64,000 nt of DNA from Paragordius varius. Its lineage: Eukaryota; Animalia; Nematomorpha. The notes beneath the pieces were generated by a model. That model saw only the letters and a list, made by a program, of their open reading frames with translations, was not told the DNA's origin and did not search any database. Position numbers and translations under genes: made by a program. Below are positions 48,568 to 58,186 of the stretch, piece after piece; the first letter of the stretch is position 1, and every line of letters begins with the position of its first letter. The stretch is taken from positions 6,634,001 to 6,698,000 of the forward strand of contig OZ176055.1 in assembly GCA_964247055.1 (NCBI GenBank), in the 5' to 3' direction.

Positions 48568-50723
48568 CCTATGATGTCGCAAAAATATATAGTCTCTTTG
48601 ATTATGGATTGTGAATAAACGTCGATGTTCAAAGTTTGGTGTTTGTGGGAAAAGGACGGCAAACATTGCACCCACAGTTTGACCCAATGGAGTGGTCAAG
48701 TTGGAAATTACGACCTCAGGGTTATCCATATACCGTTTACTACGGTGCTATTGAAATCATATAAATATATATCTGGCAATATTTTATAAAAAAACTAGGC
48801 ATATGACTCACACTATATATATAATGTAATTGAAAAGATAAAACATAAGCGTTAAAATATTCTCATTATTATATCCAAAAAAACAATTTTAAAGGGGTGA
48901 AATTAATTAAATTATTTTAAAAAAACTGGTTCAATACTAAGGATGACGACCTTACTTAGGCCAAACTACTAAAATAGAATATGTTGAAAATAAAAAGGAT
49001 TGGAAAAAATTTATAGAGTTAAAATTAAAATTATTCGGACAAAACGTGAAAATATAAAGAATGTTTTTCTAAAAGACAACCAAACTTTTTATGATTTATT
49101 TCAATATAACTCATTGTTTTAAATGGAAAAGTGTTAAATAGAGAGATATAAAACTAACACAATATATTTTATATTTTACAATAACTAAATAGCTTATATT
49201 AGAAAATTAGGTGTTGTCATTTAGATAAAAATATTTGTCTTTATATTTTTACGTTTTGTCCGTATAGTTTTAATTTTTCTGTAAAAATTTATCTCAATTT
49301 AGATACCTTTAATTTTGATATACAGCTTTATTGAGAATATAAACAAAATATATAAATATATGAAAACCTTAAAATGCTTTGAAAGTTTATAATTGAGTAT
49401 TTTGAAGTGGACAGTTGGCCCGTCCGGAAGGTGGCATAACAGTAAGGAATCTGTAATATATAATCAATCTCTCTACATATAATCGAATTTCTTAAATTTG
49501 GAGTAGGAGTAAAATTTGTAAAATGTACCAATTAAAACTCACAATAATATATAAAAATTAAATTTAAAGTACACAAGCCCAATTTTATTATATTATTTGC
49601 TTTATAAACCAATTTACACTGAATATAAGCCTTAAATTTAAATCAACCTATTATAATAGAAGTATTTAAAATAATTTATTGTTAAACATTAACTACTCTT
49701 AATTAATTAGGCCCGACTAAATGGTAAAAATGGTCAGCTTAACAGATGCTGGCAAAAAAGAAAATCATAAATAATATACTGAAAATAATTTTAAGATTAA
49801 AACTGGAATCATTTTCGCAAAAAAGGGAAATCGTTCCTAACAGTTTCAAGTTAATTTTAATCACTTAAAATTTTACGATGTTTAATTTTATCCAAATCAT
49901 AAAATCACCGTTTTAGATTCGCAGAGAAAAATAGCACACATTTACATAAGAATTTTGTGATTTGGTATATATGCTATTTTTAAATTTTGATAATTTAACC
50001 ATAATTTGCACTCTAAAATAATAAGGAATTATATATAAAAGAAAATTATTTGGGAAACCAGAGCAGTCTCAAACCCTAATAATTGTCATAATAAAAAAAG
50101 AAATATATTTAAAATTGTATTATAAAATTTAAATGCTTACTTGGCTCTTTCCTATCATCGTTTATAAAAAGGACATCCGTGAATCCTTTTTCAACAGCTT
50201 TCTTAATCATAAACTGTAGACTAACCTTTTTGCGTTTATAAAATTTTGCGTTTGGTATTAGATTTGCTAAATCACGGCAAAGTTTATGAGTGGTCTATGG
50301 TATGTATGTAATTTATATAATTAATTTATTTATAAAAAAATGCGAATATATACCGTAAAAGGTCTAAAACTTGATGTTATTGCAATATTGGGAGTGGTTA
50401 AATTTGCAAAATATTGATCAAATTTGCCTTTATTGAATTCGTATGACTATACAATAAGTGGGAAAAACTACTTTTTGTTCTGCTTCGGTAACCTCCTCAT
50501 GTACTCTGAGTGTTTCAATTGTGTGTGGAGTTGATTTTTCACCCTATATAGTTTAAAGATATATATTGGCAAGTCTTACCTTTGCTTTACGTTCCTGTCT
50601 CAGCTTTTTATTTTTTTTCTAAAAAAAATTATATAAATAATTAACCTTTTCCGCTTTTTGCTTCTCTTCAAACAATTGCCTTCGTCGAATTTTATTTTTA
50701 ACTTCCGATATATTGCTGTCCAT
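46400..50723 (-). CDS. RPF1: Ribosome production factor 1 (Brix domain); exons 50723-50646, 50618-50580, 50543-50472, 50446-50354, 50294-50141, about 49450-49368, 48747-48569, 46711-46585, 46441-46400
   Basis: SEVKNKIRR, TPHTIETLR, GFTDVLFINDDRKEPN, LCHLPDGPTVHFK, PEVVISNLTTPLG, HNQRDYIFLRHHR, sigma70-like LNELGPRITLRL, RHVMEKNRRKFYL*. Confidence 0.92.
46771..46992. mobile_element. Near-perfect hairpin MITE (TA-CAGTCATG...CATGGCTG-TA)
   Basis: Arms of about 93 bp (46771-46863 vs 46898-46992) are reverse complements with few mismatches; TA flanks suggest a Tc1/mariner/pogo origin. Confidence 0.85.
47015..48075. mobile_element. About 1-kb foldback element with internal subrepeats
   Basis: tgccagatagcattatt...(47029) vs aataatgctatctggca (48041). 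Inner arms 47200-47460 vs 47570-47820 carry duplicated AATAGCAAAAACCAATC.CTTATTGGTTTTAATCGATA blocks. Confidence 0.8.
48237..48513. mobile_element. CCATTTACA MITE family copy, opposite orientation to 44507-44771; right TIR replaced by (TA)n
   Basis: ccatttacaattcaaattcacccttgaacaatt... with three left 21-bp repeats; body is the reverse complement of 44507-44771. Confidence 0.75.
48514..48563. repeat. (TA)25 microsatellite abutting an RPF1 5' splice site
   Basis: Perfect TA run ending 3 nt from the GT donor at 48568-48567. Confidence 0.95.
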
Positions 50724-50749
50724 GCTCTAGCAAGTCTTTATTTTTTTAC
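50724..50749. promoter_or_regulatory. 26-bp spacer between the divergent RPF1 and COQ5 start codons
   Basis: CAT at 50721-50723 and ATG at 50750-50752. Confidence 0.5.
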
Positions 50750-51649
50750 ATGCATTTAAACAAATGTCGTAGTATTCAAAATTTTATTATCAAACGATTT
50801 TTATCAGAACCCCCTTATAAAAAGGATGCCTTCGTCAACTTCGGTTATAAAATGATGGATGAACAACAAAAATTTGACAATGTTAATAAAGTTTTCAGCA
50901 ATGTTGCCTCCAAATACGACATTATGAATGATTATATGAGTTTAGGCATTCACCGAATATGGAAAAATATATTTGTGGATGAGCTTTTTCCTGTTGAGGG
51001 TGGCTCCTATTTAGATGTGGCTGGAGGTACTGGGGATATAGCTTTCCGTATTTACGATTACATTCAAAAGCGCACTAAACCTATCCTAAATCCACATTTA
51101 TTAAATCAAGAATCGAGAAACGATCAAAACGACCATTCTTCCACTCTCATATCCATAGTCGATATTAATAATCAAATGTTGGAATATGGGAAAAGCAAAT
51201 GCCATCAAGTATATGGATCAAATTCTAAAACTCAAGCCTGTTTTAATTGGCATTGTATGGATGCCGAAAATTTAGGATTTGACGATAATTTCTTTGATGC
51301 TTATACAATTTCATTTGGGATTCGTAATTGTGTTCATCCACAAAGGGTTCTTCATGAAGCCTATCGAGTTTTAAAACCTGGTGGACGTTTTCTTTGTTTG
51401 GAATTCGGTAAGGTGAATTTTCCACCTCTGGCTAAATTGTACAAATTTTATTCATTCAATATTATTCCTGTTCTGGGTCATCTTATTGCAGGAGATTGGG
51501 AATCTTACCAATACTTAGTTGAAAGTATTGAAAAGTTTCCTTCTCAGCCTGAGTTTCGAAACATGATTGAGCAAGCCCGCTTTGATTGTGTGACTCAACG
51601 TGAACTATCCGGTGGTATAGCTGTAATCAGTTCAGGATTTAAAATTTGA
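50750..51649 (+). CDS. COQ5: Ubiquinone biosynthesis C-methyltransferase COQ5 (intronless, 299 aa)
   Basis: VFSNVASKYDIMNDYMSLGIHRIWK, SAM motif LDVAGGTGDIAF, DAENLGFDDNFFDAYTISFGIRN, EAYRVLKPGGRFLCLEF, YQYLVESIEKFP; basic transit-peptide-like N-terminus. Confidence 0.96.
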   Translation: MHLNKCRSIQNFIIKRFLSEPPYKKDAFVNFGYKMMDEQQKFDNVNKVFSNVASKYDIMNDYMSLGIHRIWKNIFVDELFPVEGGSYLDVAGGTGDIAFRIYDYIQKRTKPILNPHLLNQESRNDQNDHSSTLISIVDINNQMLEYGKSKCHQVYGSNSKTQACFNWHCMDAENLGFDDNFFDAYTISFGIRNCVHPQRVLHEAYRVLKPGGRFLCLEFGKVNFPPLAKLYKFYSFNIIPVLGHLIAGDWESYQYLVESIEKFPSQPEFRNMIEQARFDCVTQRELSGGIAVISSGFKI

Positions 51650-51899
51650 TTGCAATTTTTTATAATAAATATATATATTGTATGGATTAAAAAATGGATC
51701 GGATTTTGTGAATGTCAAATGTGTATTATTATTTTGTTGGTTCCTAACGGCACCGATTGCGCGCTGGGCCATTAAAAGTAATCATTTCAAAATGGTTTCT
51801 TTTTATAAAAAACGTTACTAAATTTTTCCAATATTTTAGTTAAGTCGTACTTTTGACTTTTAGGAGTTTTCGATTGCCGATTAAAATTAAAAATGTATT

Positions 51900-54000
51900 T
51901 TTACGCTAAGCGTAGCAGTGCCTCTTTTTAATGTAGTCCTTTAGCTCAACTCCATCTGTTGGGTTTTTTAAAAAATAAAACTACCCAAAAATTCTGTCTT
52001 TTAGTTTTATTACAAAAAAATGAGTCCAAACGAATCGCGTGTGGTGTATTCTCGGTTTAGTTAAGTTTAATTTTATAAAGATGTTTTAAGAGAGGTTTTT
52101 ACAAGAATTAAAAAATGATTCAAAAAAGTATTTAATCCATTGGCCGCATGAAAATGTAATGGCCTAATTTAGAATTAAAAAATTCTATCCAGAAAGTCGT
52201 TCAATATCATGATTAATCGAGGTGGAGATGTATACATTGCTATACGAATTAATCGAAACTTAATATTTGCCTTTATAAAGGGGACTAATGATTTGTGGTC
52301 TTAACTGTATTCTTTAAAATAGCAAAAAATTTGGTTGGCTTTTCGCAAGAAACGCTAATTTTAGATGAAGTGCGGCTGAGGATGCTAATTAAAAAGCTGG
52401 TTTAACGATGATCGGTACATTTATAAATAAACAATGAATATTTATTATTAATGCAGAAAACTACCTTATATTTGCAGGCTTTAAAAAACCTTATTTTTAC
52501 ATGGTCTAATTCAAAAAGTTTACAAAGATCGGCGTATTTATAACGATGTTTGCGGGAAAATGCTTTAACAATTTACGTTTTAATTAGATTGTAACTTATA
52601 ATAGTTTATTTATCATATAGATGCGCCAATAAATATTTATTTTCAGAAACCTTAGTTATACTACATAATACCAAGTGTAGTCATAAGTTTGTACCGGTTT
52701 TGGTAAAAGAAACATTTAATTTTAAAAAGAAATCAATGTATATCTTATTCAATATATTCATCGACTTCTACACATTTAGCCCATTCAGGTTAATAAGGAA
52801 TGCCAGCCCGAACAACGGATTGACTTTTGCAGAATACCATCGCCAAGCCCTTTTCCAACGCCTTTGACATTATTGAAGTGTTGCTCTCTTAGGATGTACC
52901 CTAGGTTCACTAGTTTTGCTGTGTGAGACGGAGCATTATTATGTAGCGAAATCCCTTTGCCATGTCTTCAGCCTCTGGTGGTTTTTCGATTATCCTAGTT
53001 CAAATTAATCATTTGTTAGTGATAGCGTTGTATATTAAGGGTTTCACCGGGTTTTACTGGTTTTGAAACTTTATACCCAATATCGCATCGATCCCAACTG
53101 AGACAGAGCACAGTCTTCCTGCCGAAGCGATTTGGCATTGGTGTTGGCTTTTCAAGTTTAAATCCACGATTATTCCGCCTTGGGGTTTACAAAATAATGG
53201 CATTTCTCAACTACCGTCCCAATTCGTTGCAAAAATTATTTCATGACGTTTTAGCCGAATTTCGTCAGTCACTCCTTGATTTTCGATTTGACATTAGTGC
53301 AAATTGTCTGGGGTTCATCATTGTTTTTTACCGTTGAGTTTGAGTTGAATCATTATCGAATAATTGTACTCCAGCGTTTATTCGTCGTGGGTCTACCAGA
53401 GCGAACACTCTTTAACATAAAATTACCAGTTTTAATATTTTAAACCCTTGTTTTTAATGTGTTAATCGATAGAGCATTTCACCATATGTTTCTGCCAGCA
53501 AACGATAACTTTCAACAGCCTTTTTCTTATTGGCAAGGCATGTCGCGAATGTTTTTTTTTTCAATCACAAAATTCGAAATGATTTATGAATTATAAAAAT
53601 AAGATGCTAGTGTGTGGCGGACTTAACTTGTGTGTTTGTATTATGTCAGATCAAAATGGGGTTTGTACCCCGGTACCTATCGCAAACGTCTTCTGTACGT
53701 TAAACCGGTAGTGACGTAATACAACTGGTATTTATGTCCTAGATCAATTTAATACAAAGATTTTTCTAATTTTGTGCGAAAATGGCTCTATATAAATTGC
53801 AATAAAACTTATGGTACAGATAGGCATATACACTTGTAATGAAATATCAATCAAAACAAAAATACAAAACATGGAAAGTTATATTAAATAGCGGTGTATG
53901 TTTGAACTAAATAAACTATATAATAGGAAATTGTGTAAATATTTGGTTATATCATGATAAAAAAACATTTTAATTATATATCTAAATGTAAAAATATTGC
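51900..54000 (+). mobile_element. Possible highly decayed Copia-like LTR retrotransposon remnant interrupted by the mariner
   Basis: Only weak relics: KGTNDL (cf. YLKGT.D.GL), LVGF, and beyond the mariner CENGSI*IA / RHIHL (cf. CDNQSAI / KHIDI). No LTRs found. Confidence 0.3.
52671..53728 (-). mobile_element. Decayed, internally deleted Mos1-like mariner (about 1.06 kb)
   Basis: TA-flanked degenerate TIRs (ccaagtgtagtcataagtttgtaccggttt / aaaccggtagtgacgtaatacaactgg). Minus-strand relics KKAVESYRLLAETYGE, KTGNF...RSGRP, PNRFGRKTVLC, KPGETLNIQRY, LHNNAPSHTAKLV, EWAKCVEVDEYIE*. Confidence 0.9.
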
Positions 54001-56209
54001 GTAAAAATCATCCCCTACAGGTCTTAAATTTAAATTTAGCCAAATAAATAATATTCGTTTTCGACCTTTTTTATATTAACAATTTTATTAAAGTTGAGGA
54101 ATCTCGTCCGGCTAAAACGAAAATATATATATATATATATATATACCAATTATATAATCATATTAAAGTCGATGTTTTGGAATTATTTACACTTCATTAC
54201 CTTTTTTGCCAAACGATTAATTGGAGTTTCGAGCCCCAGAGTTAAAATTTGTCATGTTTTAAAAATTGTTTTAATTAAAATTTAATTATCAAACAGTAAT
54301 CTCCTTTGGATAAAAAACTTATATTATTTTAGGTTTTAACTTCTACAGTTAAAATTGGGATAGCCCGAAATCCGATTGAAACAACAGCTGATTTTTAAGT
54401 GTACATGTCAAAATTTGCTGCTAAAGCGTAATTAACCTTAATAAATTAATTATTTACATTTATAATCATAATGGACAGTTTTTTGCCCGTTGAATTGGAT
54501 TTTAAAATTGCGGCGATAAAGTTTATGATGACATATTAGAATTCTATATTTAAAAAAAATTAATCTTCCGCTAAAAACTTAAGAATGCATATTTTTATGG
54601 TTTACTATCTTAATTACTTTTTAAGATTCGAATTGATTATCGCTCTAAAGGAAAAAATTACCTCTAATTAATTGTAAAAATATTATAATCATTTTTCACA
54701 TGTACCATAAGAAGGCTTCAACATAAAACTTATATTATTCTTAAATTATTACGGCTCTAATGCATGCACTTAATCTCATATTTTGTTTTTCCATTATTCC
54801 TCGCATTTCCCATTGCATAAATTAATAAAACAAAGCCCATAAATTGTCACAAATGGTTGGCTTATGACAAATATTAGATTGCTACAGTCTTAAGGAAATC
54901 AATAATTTTGACACACGAGGCTAACACATTGTGGGGGGAAAAGCACTCAAGTTCATACTTCTTCTCCTTAAAATTTCTGTGGAAATTTATAGTTCTGGGC
55001 ACAAAAGGAGATATAAAGTGTTGCTTTCAATTTTCGCATTAAGTAATATTAATCATTTGAGTATTTTATGTGTTAAATTCCATGGAAAAAAAATCAATAA
55101 CGTCCAACAGAAGTTAACACATTTTAAGATAATAATGTAATTGGGAATTTTATCTCATAATATATCATAAATGATTTTTAATTTAAAATGACTTCTAAAA
55201 TTAAGGTAAGAGAATGGTGATTGTAAATTTTTACTTTATAATTAACATCTTGTTGATTAGAGATATGGAAAGGTGCGATATGGACACAACGATCGAGTTA
55301 GGCGTCGGAAAATCCTTACGTTCTCTTTTAGAAACAAAAATGTTACTAAAGATAATTATTGTTTGAGATTTTATCTTTTACATACAAAGGTTAAAATTGA
55401 TGAGCTTATCATTCATATTTTTCCTAACAGATAGGTGTAATAAGGTTTTAAGTTTGACTTTAAGGAACAATTTTTCTATGAAAATTGCTTTTTTATTATC
55501 ATGTCAAAGAATCAAATATAAATTTTCGGCTTTTTTACAAGTGGCAGCATTTTTATAATATATTATAATTTAGTTAGTTAAATAAAAATATATCCTATTT
55601 ACTCCAAAATCGATTACAAAATTAATCAAAATTTTTTTATTTTATTGATTGATATCCATACCTTATTATCATGATAATTACACCTTTTAACAATAACACT
55701 GAACAGTATAATAAAATAATAACATATATTAATATTTAAATCACCATATATACATTATTTTTCCATTTATATTTTCCAAAAACGTGTCACCTTTACTGCT
55801 CTCCTTATTATAATAGAAATTAAATGTATTGTTTCAAGTCATTCGATCATGATGAAGAGGATCTTATAATTATAAGTTAAGCATTTGATTTGAGGATAAA
55901 ATCATTCACCTTTTTTGTGATCTTGTTTTCAGATTTTTTATGTGTCCCGAAACTTATTTAATTAGGCCATATATTAATTTATATATTTCTTATATGTACA
56001 GATTAATTCCATGAAATCATTTCTTTATACCAAGTATTTCCATAAAATTTCAGTCCATTAGTTATCTGCGTTAATCTATGGCATTTATTATTTTTGCTTC
56101 AAAATCTCTTGAGACACTTTAACACATTCTTAACAATAAAAAATATTTTTTTTCATTATATGGTTTATTCTTATATCTCTTGATTAGCCCTTTATAAAAC
56201 TCTGTTTTA

Positions 56210-57667
56210 ATGAAGAAAAAACCAAAATTATTTAAATACATTCACCACCGATTCATGAATTCGAACACTGCTAAAAGTCAGTTGAAAACATCTTTAAATC
56301 AAACGAACAATATTATAGAAAGTTATTACGATCCTTCAACTTTACCCATTTATGAATTGGGTTGTTGGTCTACGAACAAAAATTGTAATATTAATAATAA
56401 ATCAGCTTGGATACCTTTGACTAAATGTTCTTTCAAATTAAATAAACTCTATAACGTCTGGCACAAAGTTTTGAAAAAAAGTAAAGACACTGCAAACAGA
56501 GATCATAATAATACGGTTGTCCTTAGACCAGGTAATGTTAAAAGACGTCGCAATAATCCCGAAAATCAAACTCTTTGCCCCAAACAAAATGGTCACTCCA
56601 AATTTTATATTCCGACATCCAAGGTGTCGTCTTTAGAGACGCAAAAATTAAATGTAGATTCTTGTTGTAACACCAATTCTTTCATATACTATCAAACGAA
56701 TTATCATCCTCAACTAAGCCCTGATAACATTGATTCAAAAAATGTCGAATCATATGCCAATTATTTAAACGCCCCCTCCATTATCGAAAATGTCAATTTA
56801 TCATATGGTTCATACAATGATAATTATTGTTGTTATGATAATGAAAGTATTTACGATTTTAATGAGTATTATTTATGCATGACAAAAGTCTTAAAAACTA
56901 AATATTCTTCTACCACTAGCGGTCAAGCAAGAGATGATGCAGGATACAGTATTGACCATAATAATTTATGCTTAAACGATGAATATGAGTCACAAAATAT
57001 TTATCAAACTATAGATAATGTAAAGTGTAATAACTTGAAACAGATTGAGTGTAAAATAGTTAAAGAATATGGCTCAGAAAAAGGACAGAATTATATTAGC
57101 CAATCTTTATTAATAAACGATGAAACAAAGATTGATAAAAATTTTGATGGTAATTACCAATACGTTAGCAAAAATGAAGCTTTTGAGTCGAATAATAGCA
57201 AAAATATTGGTAATATCATGCAGAGGAGTCAAATAAAAACTTGTCCATGGTTAATAAATGACGTCTTAGTAAATAAGAAACAGCAAACTAAAAGAAATGT
57301 CATGGATGATAATGATGATGGTACATTACTTAGCATGACAAAGGAGAGACTTGACAATTTTACAGAGAATTTAGAAGATTCTGGATTTTATGAATCTGAT
57401 ACCCTAGTCACCAAAATATCGTCAAACATATTTATGTCGCAACTAATCTTGTTACCAAATAACAAAAACTTTCCCCCCGAGAAAACCATGGAAAAAATTG
57501 TCATAACTCCCACAGTTAACAACTTATTGGAGGATATCTTTAAAAATTTTCAAACCTTAATAAAAACACAAAGCGTTACTATCCATGCTCTAACACTATA
57601 CAAATGCCAAATAGTGAGAAATCGAGATTTCTTACGATCAAAACAAATCATAATTAATGCTTATTAA
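56210..57667 (+). CDS. Uncharacterised Asn/Ser/Tyr-rich 485-aa ORF (may be one large exon of a spliced gene)
   Basis: A 1458-nt stop-free frame in very AT-rich DNA is unlikely by chance; no domain recognised. Confidence 0.65.
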   Translation: MKKKPKLFKYIHHRFMNSNTAKSQLKTSLNQTNNIIESYYDPSTLPIYELGCWSTNKNCNINNKSAWIPLTKCSFKLNKLYNVWHKVLKKSKDTANRDHNNTVVLRPGNVKRRRNNPENQTLCPKQNGHSKFYIPTSKVSSLETQKLNVDSCCNTNSFIYYQTNYHPQLSPDNIDSKNVESYANYLNAPSIIENVNLSYGSYNDNYCCYDNESIYDFNEYYLCMTKVLKTKYSSTTSGQARDDAGYSIDHNNLCLNDEYESQNIYQTIDNVKCNNLKQIECKIVKEYGSEKGQNYISQSLLINDETKIDKNFDGNYQYVSKNEAFESNNSKNIGNIMQRSQIKTCPWLINDVLVNKKQQTKRNVMDDNDDGTLLSMTKERLDNFTENLEDSGFYESDTLVTKISSNIFMSQLILLPNNKNFPPEKTMEKIVITPTVNNLLEDIFKNFQTLIKTQSVTIHALTLYKCQIVRNRDFLRSKQIIINAY

Positions 57668-58186
57668 TTGTGTACAAAAGGGCATTAATCGTTCAATGAT
57701 TATCATTATATATTTATTGTTTAAATATATGTATCTCTCTATTTCTATATATAATATATTATTTATATATCCATATATGAGGTGTTGCCTTTTCAAGTGC
57801 ATTGCGCATAGTGTAATAATGGAAAACAATAAATAATTATAATTTAATATGAATAAATCATATTTATAAATTAATAAGTTATTAAACCATTAAAAAATCA
57901 CGTAAATTGGAAAAATGATTAGGATAACAAATTCGTAAAAAGAGTTTTGCATTGGATTTCCAGAACCAACAAATGATGTATAAAAATATTTACACAACTA
58001 TTTTTTTTCTATATTATATAAAAAACCCTGAGATTCTATTGGCCAAAATTCAACATAAAACATATCTAATTTGTTCCAAAAAGTATAAAAAAATGATGTG
58101 TCGTTAAAATATATATCGCATAGTTCAAAATCTGAGTATTGAATAACAACGGGTAAAATTAAAATCCATTTTTTTATCAAAAAAAA

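Noticed and set aside
50750-51649. Bacterial ubiE horizontal transfer as the explanation for intronless COQ5
   Set aside because: It has a transit-like N-terminus and the eukaryote-type insertion after the SAM motif.
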